Source of the DNA: an uncultured Bacilli bacterium
GTDB taxonomy: Bacteria; Bacillota_I; Bacilli_A; RF39; UBA660
Direction of reading: 5' to 3'
Length of the DNA: 55,409 nucleotides
Assembly: GCA_947624085.1 (NCBI GenBank)
Contig: CANQIK010000003.1
Coordinates: 1-55,409, forward strand
Shown: positions 1 to 8,203 of the stretch, piece by piece
Position numbering within the stretch: the first letter of the stretch is position 1
Layout: each line of letters begins with the position of its first letter
Notes under the pieces: generated by a model
Database searches by the model: none
Seen by the model: only the letters and a program-made list of their open reading frames with translations
What the model was told of the DNA's origin: nothing
Position numbers and translations under genes: made by a program

Positions 1-164
1 TATTTAGCTGCTTCTATCATATGAAGTCCTTCTTCACCTAGGGCTCCTTTTCTTGCTCTTGTTATAAGTGGTCCTATGGCAGTAGTGGCAATTAATACTA
101 TTACCCCTAATATTACGATAACTGCTATTAATTCTATTAAGGTAAATCCTTTCCGATTCTTCAT
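1..164 (-). CDS. Type IV pilin-like protein, 5' fragment (gene continues past the left window edge)
   Basis: Minus-strand translation from the ATG at 164-162 gives MKNRKGFTLIELIAVIVILGVIVLIATTAIGPLITRARKGALGEEGLHMIEAAK. This is a short basic leader, a G|FTLxE prepilin cleavage/methylation motif with Glu at +5, and a hydrophobic helix. The ORF is truncated by the window edge, so it is absent from the ORF track. Confidence 0.8.
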   Translation of the reverse strand, partial: MKNRKGFTLIELIAVIVILGVIVLIATTAIGPLITRARKGALGEEGLHMIEAAK

Positions 165-198
165 ATGCACCTCTATTATGATGATAACACAGTTATAT
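1..198. repeat. Direct repeat copy A (5' end plus leader of pilin-like paralogue)
   Basis: About 90% identical by eye to 1528-1726, with one 1-nt indel in the leader (gcacctc vs gccacctc). The repeat may extend further left beyond the window. Confidence 0.85.
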
Positions 199-248
199 TT
201 AATTTTCTATTTTTTCAATATAAACATTACATTATTGTTGTCTTATTA

Positions 249-1691
249 TTATTTTACTTTATATGGATGAGCATCGCTTCCATCAATGTCGTCACCACCA
301 CTTAGTGTTACACTAGATTTAAGATAAAAGACCGGCCTAACGCCATAGCTACGCCACCATGTTTCTCCGTATTCTACGTCCACTTCTCCCCAATACGAAA
401 TGCAAAACGTATTCCATGTGTTAGCGCTAAAGGGCGTAATAGTCCATTCAAATACACTATTAAATAACCAATTATTTTCTATATTTAAACTATTATTATA
501 TGCTGAAATGAATGTTGCCCAATTTTCTTTACTACTTGCAAAGCTATAGTCATGAATATACATTAAACCCACATAAGCTGGAACGCCAGCTTTTGACAAT
601 TCAAGTGGTTTCTCATCATCATATACATTTTTTGGTGTGCCACCAGTTGTAAAATGACCATCAACCCTCCATTTTACTAATTCTATTTTTTGGGCGTCAG
701 AGCCTAAAGTTGAATTTAAATATTTACCATTTAATGACTGATATAATATACTAGTTTCCCAATCATTTTTTGCATTATAATGCCAATAGAACCCGTCGGT
801 TGGGAATTTTTTGACCCTTTTAATCGAATCATATTTTATATACGACGTTCCCATTGATGCAGTTCCTAACTGCTCCGATGTAGCATATTCTGATTTTATT
901 ACTTTAATACGATATTCTATATTTCCATTTGATAATTCTACCGGTACATACCCTATTATACGATATAAGTTTTCATCAGGACATGTTGTTGATGTGCCAT
1001 TATTATAGTTTTCACTACCTTTACCAAAACATATAAAGTTATTTGGGTTATTTCCTGAATAACGACATCCACCGTCGCCTGCATCGTCATATTCTCCGTC
1101 ACCATTGACATCTATTGTTTTATCATGTTTTATAACATCCGGACTTGAACATACATCTAATGACTTTTCTTCGGGTTCAGGTTCAGGTGTAGGCTCAGGC
1201 TCTGGGTCTGGGTCAGGATAAGTATAACTTGGTAACTTCTTACTTAAGCCTTCACAATCTTCAATCGCTTCTTTTCCTTCCGTTGCTAACTCTGAATCAT
1301 AATCCTTTTCATTAACATTATTAAAGACATATGTTCCATTTGATAGCCAAAACTTATAGCTATAGTTTTTAGTCTCTTCATCATATTCTATTAATACGGA
1401 TCCGGTATATCCTTCATCTTTCCCTTTATCATAATAATCATTTTCATTTAGCCATTTTAATGAGTAACATATTGATTTTGATCCTTTTATATTATTTGCT
1501 TCATCTATTTCATCTAACTTATGAGCATATTTAGCTGCTTCTATCATATGAAGCCCTTCTTCACCTAAGGCTCCTTTTCTTGCTCTTGTTATAAGGGGTC
1601 CTATAGAAGTAGCTGCTATTAGTATTACTACCCCTAATATTACGATAACTGCTATTAATTCTACTAACGTAAATCCTTTCCGATTCTTCAT
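249..1691 (-). CDS. Modular type IV pilin-like protein with large C-terminal 'GVRPVFYL' cargo domain
   Basis: 480-aa ORF. The N-terminus MKNRKG|FTLVELIAVIVILGV has a prepilin leader, Glu+5 and a hydrophobic helix, followed by a small pilin-like head. An acidic Pro/Glu linker PDPDPEPEPTPEPEPEE (nt ~1165-1215) follows. The remaining ~300 aa are shared with 16500-18185 and 28710-29990 (motifs CRYSGNNPNNFICFG, NLYRIIGYVPVE, IKSEYAT, ENNWLF..EWTI, GVRPVFYLKSSVTLSGGD...PYKV). SD AGAGGTG lies upstream. Confidence 0.85.
   Translation of the reverse strand: MKNRKGFTLVELIAVIVILGVVILIAATSIGPLITRARKGALGEEGLHMIEAAKYAHKLDEIDEANNIKGSKSICYSLKWLNENDYYDKGKDEGYTGSVLIEYDEETKNYSYKFWLSNGTYVFNNVNEKDYDSELATEGKEAIEDCEGLSKKLPSYTYPDPDPEPEPTPEPEPEEKSLDVCSSPDVIKHDKTIDVNGDGEYDDAGDGGCRYSGNNPNNFICFGKGSENYNNGTSTTCPDENLYRIIGYVPVELSNGNIEYRIKVIKSEYATSEQLGTASMGTSYIKYDSIKRVKKFPTDGFYWHYNAKNDWETSILYQSLNGKYLNSTLGSDAQKIELVKWRVDGHFTTGGTPKNVYDDEKPLELSKAGVPAYVGLMYIHDYSFASSKENWATFISAYNNSLNIENNWLFNSVFEWTITPFSANTWNTFCISYWGEVDVEYGETWWRSYGVRPVFYLKSSVTLSGGDDIDGSDAHPYKVK
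330..437 (-). other. GC-enriched hypervariable patch inside cargo domain (copy in pilin-fused paralogue)
   Basis: The 108 nt lie between the conserved EWTI and RPVFYL codons. My hand count gives 54/108 G+C in a ~30% GC genome. The protein sequence here is unalignable with the other paralogues. Confidence 0.7.
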
Positions 1692-1726
1692 ATGCCACCT
1701 CTATTATGATGATAGCACAGATATAC
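1528..1726. repeat. Direct repeat copy B (5' end plus leader of pilin-like gene 249-1691)
   Basis: Matches nt 1-198. It covers the first ~54 codons, the SD and ~35 nt of leader. Confidence 0.85.
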
Positions 1727-1778
1727 CTTTTTTTCTAGGATTAATACTTTTGTAGACAATAAGGCATTATAGCCAATT

Positions 1779-1804
1779 AAAAAGCCTTAAGAATAACTTA
1801 AGAC
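1779..1804 (-). terminator. Rho-independent terminator after recD2 / small ORF
   Basis: The minus-strand RNA reads GUCUUAAG-UUAUU-CUUAAGGC (8-bp stem with one G:U) followed by UUUUU. Confidence 0.55.
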
Positions 1805-1833
1805 TAAAGGTAATCAATTAACAATCTTTATTG

Positions 1834-1989
1834 TTAATTATCTGAACTACTTGTATAGGGACTTTGTTTCATTTTCTTTTTCATGCTTTTCATTAGTTTG
1901 CCCTTATTATCACACATAAATCTATATGCTCCATAACCGGCACCCATCATTAGCATACCAGTCCCTATAACACTCATTACGTTTTTCAC
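1834..1989 (-). CDS. Small hypothetical membrane protein (51 aa, below ORF-track cutoff)
   Basis: A GTG start lies 7 nt after GAGG (plus-strand cacctc 1995-2000). Translation is VKNVMSVIGTGMLMMGAGYGAYRFMCDNKGKLMKSMKKKMKQSPYTSSSDN, a Gly-rich hydrophobic helix plus basic tail. It is followed by the terminator at 1779-1804. An alternative ATG lies at 1977. Confidence 0.35.
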   Translation of the reverse strand: MKNVMSVIGTGMLMMGAGYGAYRFMCDNKGKLMKSMKKKMKQSPYTSSSDN

Positions 1990-2028
1990 ACTTACACCTC
2001 ACTATTAGTATTAGCTTTAAATTAATAA

Positions 2029-4224
2029 TTATGCATTAAATTCATATGTTAAATGACCAATTAAAGAGGTTTTTCGCTCAGAAGCATAGTTATTTTGAAT
2101 ACCTTGAGAAAAAGAACGGGGATCACCAATAATTGTCAAACTCTTTTTAGCTCTTGAAACTCCCGTATAAAGAAGTTTATTATAAAGCATAATGTAATAT
2201 GCCCTACAAACTGGCATTATAACATGTTCAAATTCACTTCCTTGACTTTTATGAATCGTTATAGCATAAGCATGGGTAATATTTTTTAAATCTTTCTTCT
2301 CATAAAAAACAATATTACCATCAAAATCAATTCTAATTTCCGTTTTACCTAACCTATTTTTACCAATGCTTAATATTTTACCAATATCGCCATTAAAAAC
2401 TTGATTATCGGAATCATTTACAAGCTGTAACACTTTATCATTTTCCCGATATATTTTCTCCCCATATTTTACTTCAGCTTTAGCTTTATCCTCAGGATTA
2501 TATATTTTCTGTAAATTAACATTTAGGTTATCAATACCATTTTGGCCTTTATACATTGGTGCTAATATTTGCATTTTATCTTCATTTATACCTTTGGTAA
2601 GCGCATATTTTACTGAAGCTATAATCTTATTCATAATATCTTCTTCCCCTGCTACAATAAAGTTATAATCATCTCTTTTATATAGAAATTCATCATCTAA
2701 ATTACGCATTTTAATATCTTTAGCTAAAAAAGGAATATAGGAATTATCACTTTGCCGATAAATAATATTAAGAGGGGCATAGCCAAATAAATCACTATTA
2801 ATTAAATCTTGTAAAACTAAACCGGGACCAACAGATGGAAGCTGATAAATATCGCCTACCAAAATAAGTTTAACATTTTCTTTAAGAGCACAAAGTAAAC
2901 TATTCATTAAAGATATATCAATCATGGAAGTTTCATCCACTATCACTATTTTAGCAGGTAATTTATTCATAAGATTATATTCAAAACTATCACTATCTTT
3001 ATGCCATTTAAGTTTACGATGGATAGTAGAAGCTGGTAAATTAGTCGATTGAGCTAAACGCTTACTTGCTCTTCCGGTAGGTGCTAAAAGGCAAACATTT
3101 TCTAAAATATCAATTGAATTTAATCGATATTCGGCTATATATAATTGCACAATAGCATTAATAATGGTAGTTTTACCAGTTCCTGGCCCTCCCGAAATAA
3201 TCGTAACATTATTATTAAGAGCCATCGTAATAGCTTTTTTCTGTTCTTCATTATACTTAAAACCTAATTCTTTTTGAATTAAATCAATTTTATTATCTAA
3301 ATTAGGAACCTTTTTACTTGGCGACATGGCGATTTTATAAAGCATATGAGCCACATCTTTTTCTTCATTATAATACTTAGTTAAATAATATTTATCATTA
3401 ATAACAACAATTTCATTCTCACTTTTTAATTCCTCTAAATATTGCTTAAATAAATCACTTTCCATATTTAAATTATAAATTGTACTAACAGCTTTATAAA
3501 TATCTTCTTTATAATAATAGGTACTTCCTTCATTAAAACTAAGCTCTAACATACTATCTAATAGACATTCTTTACATCTCAAAGGACTTTGCGGATCAAA
3601 ATAACCTTTATAAATATCATCAATTTTTTTAAATTCAAAGATATCTTTTAAAATATACAGATTACCATCAATAATAGCGTCAATATCCATATTATGTTTA
3701 CTTATTATTTTAGACGCATCTTCTAAAGAGAACCCTATTTCTTTAAGCTTAGCTATAATTTTATCATTTTGTTCAAAGTTAACTACTGATTTGTAGATTT
3801 TCATGGCCTTTAGCATGGTCATACCTTTTATTTCCAAAAGATTATTAACATCTTCTCTAATTTTAACTAAGGCTTGGTCACCAAATTTATCGACTATTTT
3901 CTTGGCTACAATATCTCCACAGCCCTCGACAAAAGGACTAGCTAAAAAATCAACGATATCGTTTTTGGTTGAAGGGATTTGCCTTTCATAAGAAGCAAAA
4001 GCATATTGATCGCCATATTTAGGATGTTTTAGATATTCCCCTTTTAAAGTATAGGTATAATTTAACTTAGGTTCTAAAATAGTACCATTAACATTAATTG
4101 TTTTATTAACAAAACGTTTTACATCTTCATCATCAGTTTCGCGAATATGAAAAAGAGCTACTAAATAATTAGTATCTTCACTTTGAAATAATATGCGTGT
4201 AAATTTTCCTTTAATATAGCTCAT
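2029..4224 (-). CDS. recD2: ATP-dependent RecD2-type (SF1B) DNA helicase
   Basis: 731 aa. Walker A GGPGTGKTT, Walker B IVIVDETSM and helicase motifs LVGDIYQLPSVGPG and TIHKSQGSEF are present. Length and N-terminal region are typical of the Firmicute RecD2/YrrC family. Confidence 0.9.
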   Translation of the reverse strand: MSYIKGKFTRILFQSEDTNYLVALFHIRETDDEDVKRFVNKTINVNGTILEPKLNYTYTLKGEYLKHPKYGDQYAFASYERQIPSTKNDIVDFLASPFVEGCGDIVAKKIVDKFGDQALVKIREDVNNLLEIKGMTMLKAMKIYKSVVNFEQNDKIIAKLKEIGFSLEDASKIISKHNMDIDAIIDGNLYILKDIFEFKKIDDIYKGYFDPQSPLRCKECLLDSMLELSFNEGSTYYYKEDIYKAVSTIYNLNMESDLFKQYLEELKSENEIVVINDKYYLTKYYNEEKDVAHMLYKIAMSPSKKVPNLDNKIDLIQKELGFKYNEEQKKAITMALNNNVTIISGGPGTGKTTIINAIVQLYIAEYRLNSIDILENVCLLAPTGRASKRLAQSTNLPASTIHRKLKWHKDSDSFEYNLMNKLPAKIVIVDETSMIDISLMNSLLCALKENVKLILVGDIYQLPSVGPGLVLQDLINSDLFGYAPLNIIYRQSDNSYIPFLAKDIKMRNLDDEFLYKRDDYNFIVAGEEDIMNKIIASVKYALTKGINEDKMQILAPMYKGQNGIDNLNVNLQKIYNPEDKAKAEVKYGEKIYRENDKVLQLVNDSDNQVFNGDIGKILSIGKNRLGKTEIRIDFDGNIVFYEKKDLKNITHAYAITIHKSQGSEFEHVIMPVCRAYYIMLYNKLLYTGVSRAKKSLTIIGDPRSFSQGIQNNYASERKTSLIGHLTYEFNA

Positions 4225-5456
4225 TTAATTATCCTCGTATATATTTGTCCCGGTTCTAATATTTCATCTAACTCAATTCTTAAATAATTAGAGGTATGCC
4301 CAATTGATTTATTAGCTTTAACTTCTTCAATTAAGATAGGTTTAGCTGTTCCCTTAAATTTATCATAATATTTTTTTTCTAATTTTTCGGATAAGGCAAT
4401 TAACTTTCTTGCCCGGTCTTTTTTAACATTTTCCGCTACAGGTTCAGGCATTAAAGAGGCCTTAGTCCCTGTTCGTTTTGAGTAAGGAAAGACATGAATT
4501 TTAGCAAAATTAATTTTTTCACAAAAAGCATAGGTTTTATTAAAAAGTTCTTCCGTTTCATAGTTATGACCTACTATAACATCAGTAGTAATTGCAATAT
4601 CGGGAATAATACTTCTAATCTTATTTATCTTATCCCAAAAGTAAGCTGTATCATACTTACGATTCATAATCTTTAGCATTTCATCACAGCCCGCTTGTAA
4701 AGGAATATGTAAGTGATCACAAAAAACTTTATTTTCTTTTAACATAGCTAAAAATTTATCATTAAGTTCCGTTATTTCAACACTAGATAATCTTAATCTT
4801 TCTAAACCTTTAATATTGGTTAAATCATTAATTAAATCCGTTAAATCATGACCAGAATGATGATAAGAACCTGTATGAATACCAGTTAAAACGATTTCTT
4901 TAATTCCTTTATTAACTAAACTTTGGGCTTCTTTAATAACTTCTTCATAATCTTTAAAACGAATAGAGCCTCGAACATAAGGGATAATACAATATGAGCA
5001 AAAATTATCACAGCCATCTTGGATTTTAATATATGCTCTTACTTGATTAAATTTCGTTATAAACATATCTTCAAAAGGCATAATTCGCTCATCATTAATA
5101 TAACTATATCTTTTACAATCTTGGATATATTCTTTAAGTAATTGAGGAATTTTAGATTTATCTTTATTACCTAGAAGAATATCGATATCCATATTTTCAT
5201 ATGCTTCTTTATTATTTTGACTAGAACAACCACAGACAATTAAGATAGCATTAGGATTTTCTCTTTTTATTCTTCTGACCATCTTTAGGCTTTTTTTATC
5301 AGAAGTATCCGTAACTGTACATGTATTAATAATTACGATATCGGCTTTGGTAAAGTCATCACAAAAAAGAAAACCATTATTTTCTAATGATTCACTTATA
5401 TAATTAGATTCATATGCATTAACCTTGCACCCCAAAGTTATAATGTTAAATTTCAT
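4221..5456 (-). CDS. mtaB: tRNA methylthiotransferase (MtaB/YqeV-like radical SAM enzyme)
   Basis: 411 aa. It has the N-terminal UPF0004 Cys pattern (LGCKVN...NTCTV...CGC) and the radical-SAM CxxxCxxC motif (CDNFCSYC). There is a 4-nt overlap with recD2. Confidence 0.85.
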   Translation of the reverse strand: MKFNIITLGCKVNAYESNYISESLENNGFLFCDDFTKADIVIINTCTVTDTSDKKSLKMVRRIKRENPNAILIVCGCSSQNNKEAYENMDIDILLGNKDKSKIPQLLKEYIQDCKRYSYINDERIMPFEDMFITKFNQVRAYIKIQDGCDNFCSYCIIPYVRGSIRFKDYEEVIKEAQSLVNKGIKEIVLTGIHTGSYHHSGHDLTDLINDLTNIKGLERLRLSSVEITELNDKFLAMLKENKVFCDHLHIPLQAGCDEMLKIMNRKYDTAYFWDKINKIRSIIPDIAITTDVIVGHNYETEELFNKTYAFCEKINFAKIHVFPYSKRTGTKASLMPEPVAENVKKDRARKLIALSEKLEKKYYDKFKGTAKPILIEEVKANKSIGHTSNYLRIELDEILEPGQIYTRIIK

Positions 5457-5465
5457 AAAGCCCCC

Positions 5466-5942
5466 TTAGTTTAATCCTTTTTGTAACTCCTTTAAAGCTC
5501 TTAAAAATTCTTCTTCTTTTTCTAAAGATAATAAAGGTACTTCTTTAGGATTAACTTCTATTTGCATATTTTGATTTGCTATATTATTTAAGTCTACTTT
5601 TTTAATCGTGACATCATCTTTTACTTCTTCATCCGTATAATTAAGTTCAAATTCTCCCGTATTTGATAAAAGCTCATCATAGGAAATAATAGCTTTATCT
5701 TCTTGCTCTTTTTCATAGGGAGTAAAGGTAATAGGTTTAGGATCAATAGCTTTTAAATTATTAACTATTTCTTTCAAGTTATCAGTATCTTCTATCTTTT
5801 CCGTACTTTCAATAATCTCTTCATTAATCTTAATAAAATATATAAGACTTACAACTAATATAATTAAAAAAATAACCGAGAAAAAGAAGACATAATCAAT
5901 AAAGGTAATGCTTTTTAAAAATGAACTTATATTAGCAAACAT
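5466..5942 (-). CDS. Hypothetical membrane-anchored acidic protein
   Basis: 158 aa with one N-terminal TM helix (FIDYVFFFSVIFLIILVVSLIYFI) and an acidic Glu/Lys-rich tail. I recognise no family. Confidence 0.5.
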   Translation of the reverse strand: MFANISSFLKSITFIDYVFFFSVIFLIILVVSLIYFIKINEEIIESTEKIEDTDNLKEIVNNLKAIDPKPITFTPYEKEQEDKAIISYDELLSNTGEFELNYTDEEVKDDVTIKKVDLNNIANQNMQIEVNPKEVPLLSLEKEEEFLRALKELQKGLN

Positions 5943-5998
5943 AACATCTCACCACATAGTTATTTTACCAATAAAATGTAAAATATTAAAGTACTTTA

Positions 5999-7222
5999 CT
6001 AATTGTTTCCTAAAATGTACGGATTATTGACAGAGCCATCACCGCTCACTACTGTTGATGTTTTATTAATCGTAATTACGGGTCTTATGCCTGCAACCGA
6101 GGTTCCATTTGTGCTTGTTAAACTACCATCAGCGCCAAGGGAAAAGGCAAAATATGAGCCATCTCCATCAAGGAAAGCCGATGTCATGGTAAAGGCACTA
6201 GAACTCATGTGGTCGTTATATAGAAAGTAAGCTTCATTAGCTTGACCATAAACTCCACCGGCATAGACTATTTCATCAGCCGTTAATAAAGCGACTTTAC
6301 CACTATAAGTATCGCCTAAACAATAAAACGTTGGAATATTATCTTTGGTAAGTCTTTGATTTGCTAAATACCCATTATCAGTTCTCGTTAAATCATTACA
6401 ATATTTTTGCGTTGCAACAATATCACTATACTCGCCTAAAGATGTTAATAACCAATTATTTAAAGAATTAATAATACTACTATGGGCAATATCAAAGTTA
6501 GTATCATAATAACGATTAAGAAGCTCTAAATTATCATTTAAAACTAGTTTAATTGAGCCATCGCCATTAATACGAACTATTCTAAATAATAAATCATTAA
6601 TTAAAACATAATTATTAGTTACATTACCTCTAAAGTAATAAGTTGTGCCATTATCATCAGTTGCTTCAATTAAGCCCTCATCACTAGTAGCTACATCAAT
6701 ACCTACTTTTGTTAAAGTTGCTTTTTTAATTTCATTATTATTAATGATAACATCGGCAAAACTTGAAGATTCTAAAGTTTCCATATTAACATCAATATCT
6801 AAACTAAATTCATCATCAACTTCAGAGGCAAAACTAATATCAAATGTTTCTACTTCCCCCGCACCAATTAAGATATAACTCGATACAATAGCATTATAAG
6901 GAAGTAACTCACTTTCAATATTTATATCATTGTTATTGGTAATCTTATAAGTTGCTTTAGGCACATTTTGCACATTTTCAAATTCAATATAATAATAAGC
7001 GTCTTCATTAGAATCATTTATGATAGATATTTGGGTTTCTTTATGTCCTTTAACCGTAACATGATTACCCGTACTAAAATTAATTGATAAGTTACCAGAT
7101 ACTTTAATATAAGGCTCTTTGCCTAGAAGATGACCATAGCTAATGTAAAAACCACCAAGCACTACACTGCCGATTAAGAGAAATAATATAATTAAAAGGG
7201 CACTTTTAAATCTTGTTCTCAT
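5999..7222 (-). CDS. Secreted/surface protein: TasA-like N-terminal signal/module plus divergent 'RPV' cargo domain
   Basis: 407 aa. The N-terminus MRTRFKSALLIILFLLIGSVVLGGFYISYGHLLG has the same signal style as the 30562-33618 cluster. The C-terminal half aligns motif by motif with the cargo family: TYYFRGNVTNNYV..LFRIVRINGDG, LLTADEIVYAGG, AFTMTSA, AGIRPVITINKTSTVVSGDGSVNNPYIL. Confidence 0.7.
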   Translation of the reverse strand: MRTRFKSALLIILFLLIGSVVLGGFYISYGHLLGKEPYIKVSGNLSINFSTGNHVTVKGHKETQISIINDSNEDAYYYIEFENVQNVPKATYKITNNNDINIESELLPYNAIVSSYILIGAGEVETFDISFASEVDDEFSLDIDVNMETLESSSFADVIINNNEIKKATLTKVGIDVATSDEGLIEATDDNGTTYYFRGNVTNNYVLINDLLFRIVRINGDGSIKLVLNDNLELLNRYYDTNFDIAHSSIINSLNNWLLTSLGEYSDIVATQKYCNDLTRTDNGYLANQRLTKDNIPTFYCLGDTYSGKVALLTADEIVYAGGVYGQANEAYFLYNDHMSSSAFTMTSAFLDGDGSYFAFSLGADGSLTSTNGTSVAGIRPVITINKTSTVVSGDGSVNNPYILGNN

Positions 7223-7285
7223 AACATCAACTATCCTACAATCAAAATTATATTATAATACTATGAAAAAAGCTAGTAAATTTTC

Positions 7286-8167
7286 CTAATTTGGGTATTT
7301 TTCTTTAACTTTAAAATAAGCCACTATTATTAAACTGTCCTCATTAAAAACTTCTTCTTCATTATTATTATCGTTAAAATAGGTATATAAACTCTCTTTA
7401 TATTCTTTTAAAGACTTATAACCTCCAATTTTATAATCTTTTAAACTTACCTTTAAATCTTTAAAAGGCATTATTTCTTCTTTCTCAATTTCAATTAAAG
7501 CCCGATAATTATTATCTTTATCAAGGACAAAGTATTTATTTCCTTTAACGGAATTTAAATAGCCATATTTGCGAAATATTCGCGTTTGTTTCTCCCCTTT
7601 TAATATAGCTTCAAGCATTTTATCACTAGCCTTAAAATAATCAACATCTTGATATTTATAAACCTTTTTATTATTTACCCTTTTAAATATTTGTTTAGCT
7701 TCTAAATCATCAAGAATCTTATAATATTTTTTATTCTTTTTCCGATTAAGATGTTCTTTTTTATATGCCATAATTTCTTGTGAATCAGTATAATCTTTAA
7801 GACCAATAAGTTTTAAATAACCTTGTAATTTATTTAAAAATAAAATTTCAGCTTTGGCATAATCCTCTAAATATTTACTAGGAATATTAAAAGACTCGGG
7901 ATAAGTATATAAGCTTTCAATAACCGTATTAAAATTATGACAACAAATAATTTTACTTTCACTTTTAAGAACGTTTTTCTCTTCATCATAGTCTTTTAAC
8001 ACTACTTCAATATGATATGTTAAATTTTCTTTAATTATTTCACTAAAGGCTTCATAAATCTCATTTCTTTGGCTTATTACTTCGCCATTATTAAAAAGCC
8101 AGATAGCCGTATCATCATTAGTAATAGATATGGGCAAACTACATTTTTTAAATTTATTGTACTTCAT
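7286..8167 (-). CDS. Hypothetical protein with C-terminal ASCH (PUA-like) domain
   Basis: 293 aa. The last ~110 aa (MLEAILKGEKQTRIFRK...YFVLDKDNNYRALIEIEKEEIMPFKDL...YKSLKEYKESLYTYF) fit the ASCH pattern. The N-terminal half is unassigned. Confidence 0.45.
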   Translation of the reverse strand: MKYNKFKKCSLPISITNDDTAIWLFNNGEVISQRNEIYEAFSEIIKENLTYHIEVVLKDYDEEKNVLKSESKIICCHNFNTVIESLYTYPESFNIPSKYLEDYAKAEILFLNKLQGYLKLIGLKDYTDSQEIMAYKKEHLNRKKNKKYYKILDDLEAKQIFKRVNNKKVYKYQDVDYFKASDKMLEAILKGEKQTRIFRKYGYLNSVKGNKYFVLDKDNNYRALIEIEKEEIMPFKDLKVSLKDYKIGGYKSLKEYKESLYTYFNDNNNEEEVFNEDSLIIVAYFKVKEKYPN

Positions 8168-8203
8168 ATTTACTCCTATAACAGAAAAAAGCCATAAAGG
8201 CCT

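Noticed and set aside
76-270. A 64-aa plus-strand ORF. Similar antisense ORFs lie at 811-1008, 3803-3991, 4494-4676, 6003-6230, 6645-6878, 8130-8333, 10978-11220, 12908-13147, 13332-13646, 16903-17865, 18731-18937, 25138-25755, 30090-30296, 32921-33151, 35081-35347, 38704-38967, 39009-39431, 43452-43661, 47729-48019, 48246-48491, 51268-51579, 52732-52932 and 53080-53325.
   Set aside because: All lie antisense to long ORFs with clear homology or good SD sites. They have low-complexity Leu/Ile/Ser/Phe-rich translations typical of the reverse strand of AT-rich genes, and they lack SD sequences.
1165-1215. A (GGNTCN)n-like short-period DNA repeat, considered as a tandem repeat or CRISPR-like element.
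   Set aside because: It simply encodes the PDPDPEPEPTPEPEPEE inter-domain linker. There is no spacer/repeat structure. Length variation is possible, but it is not an independent element.
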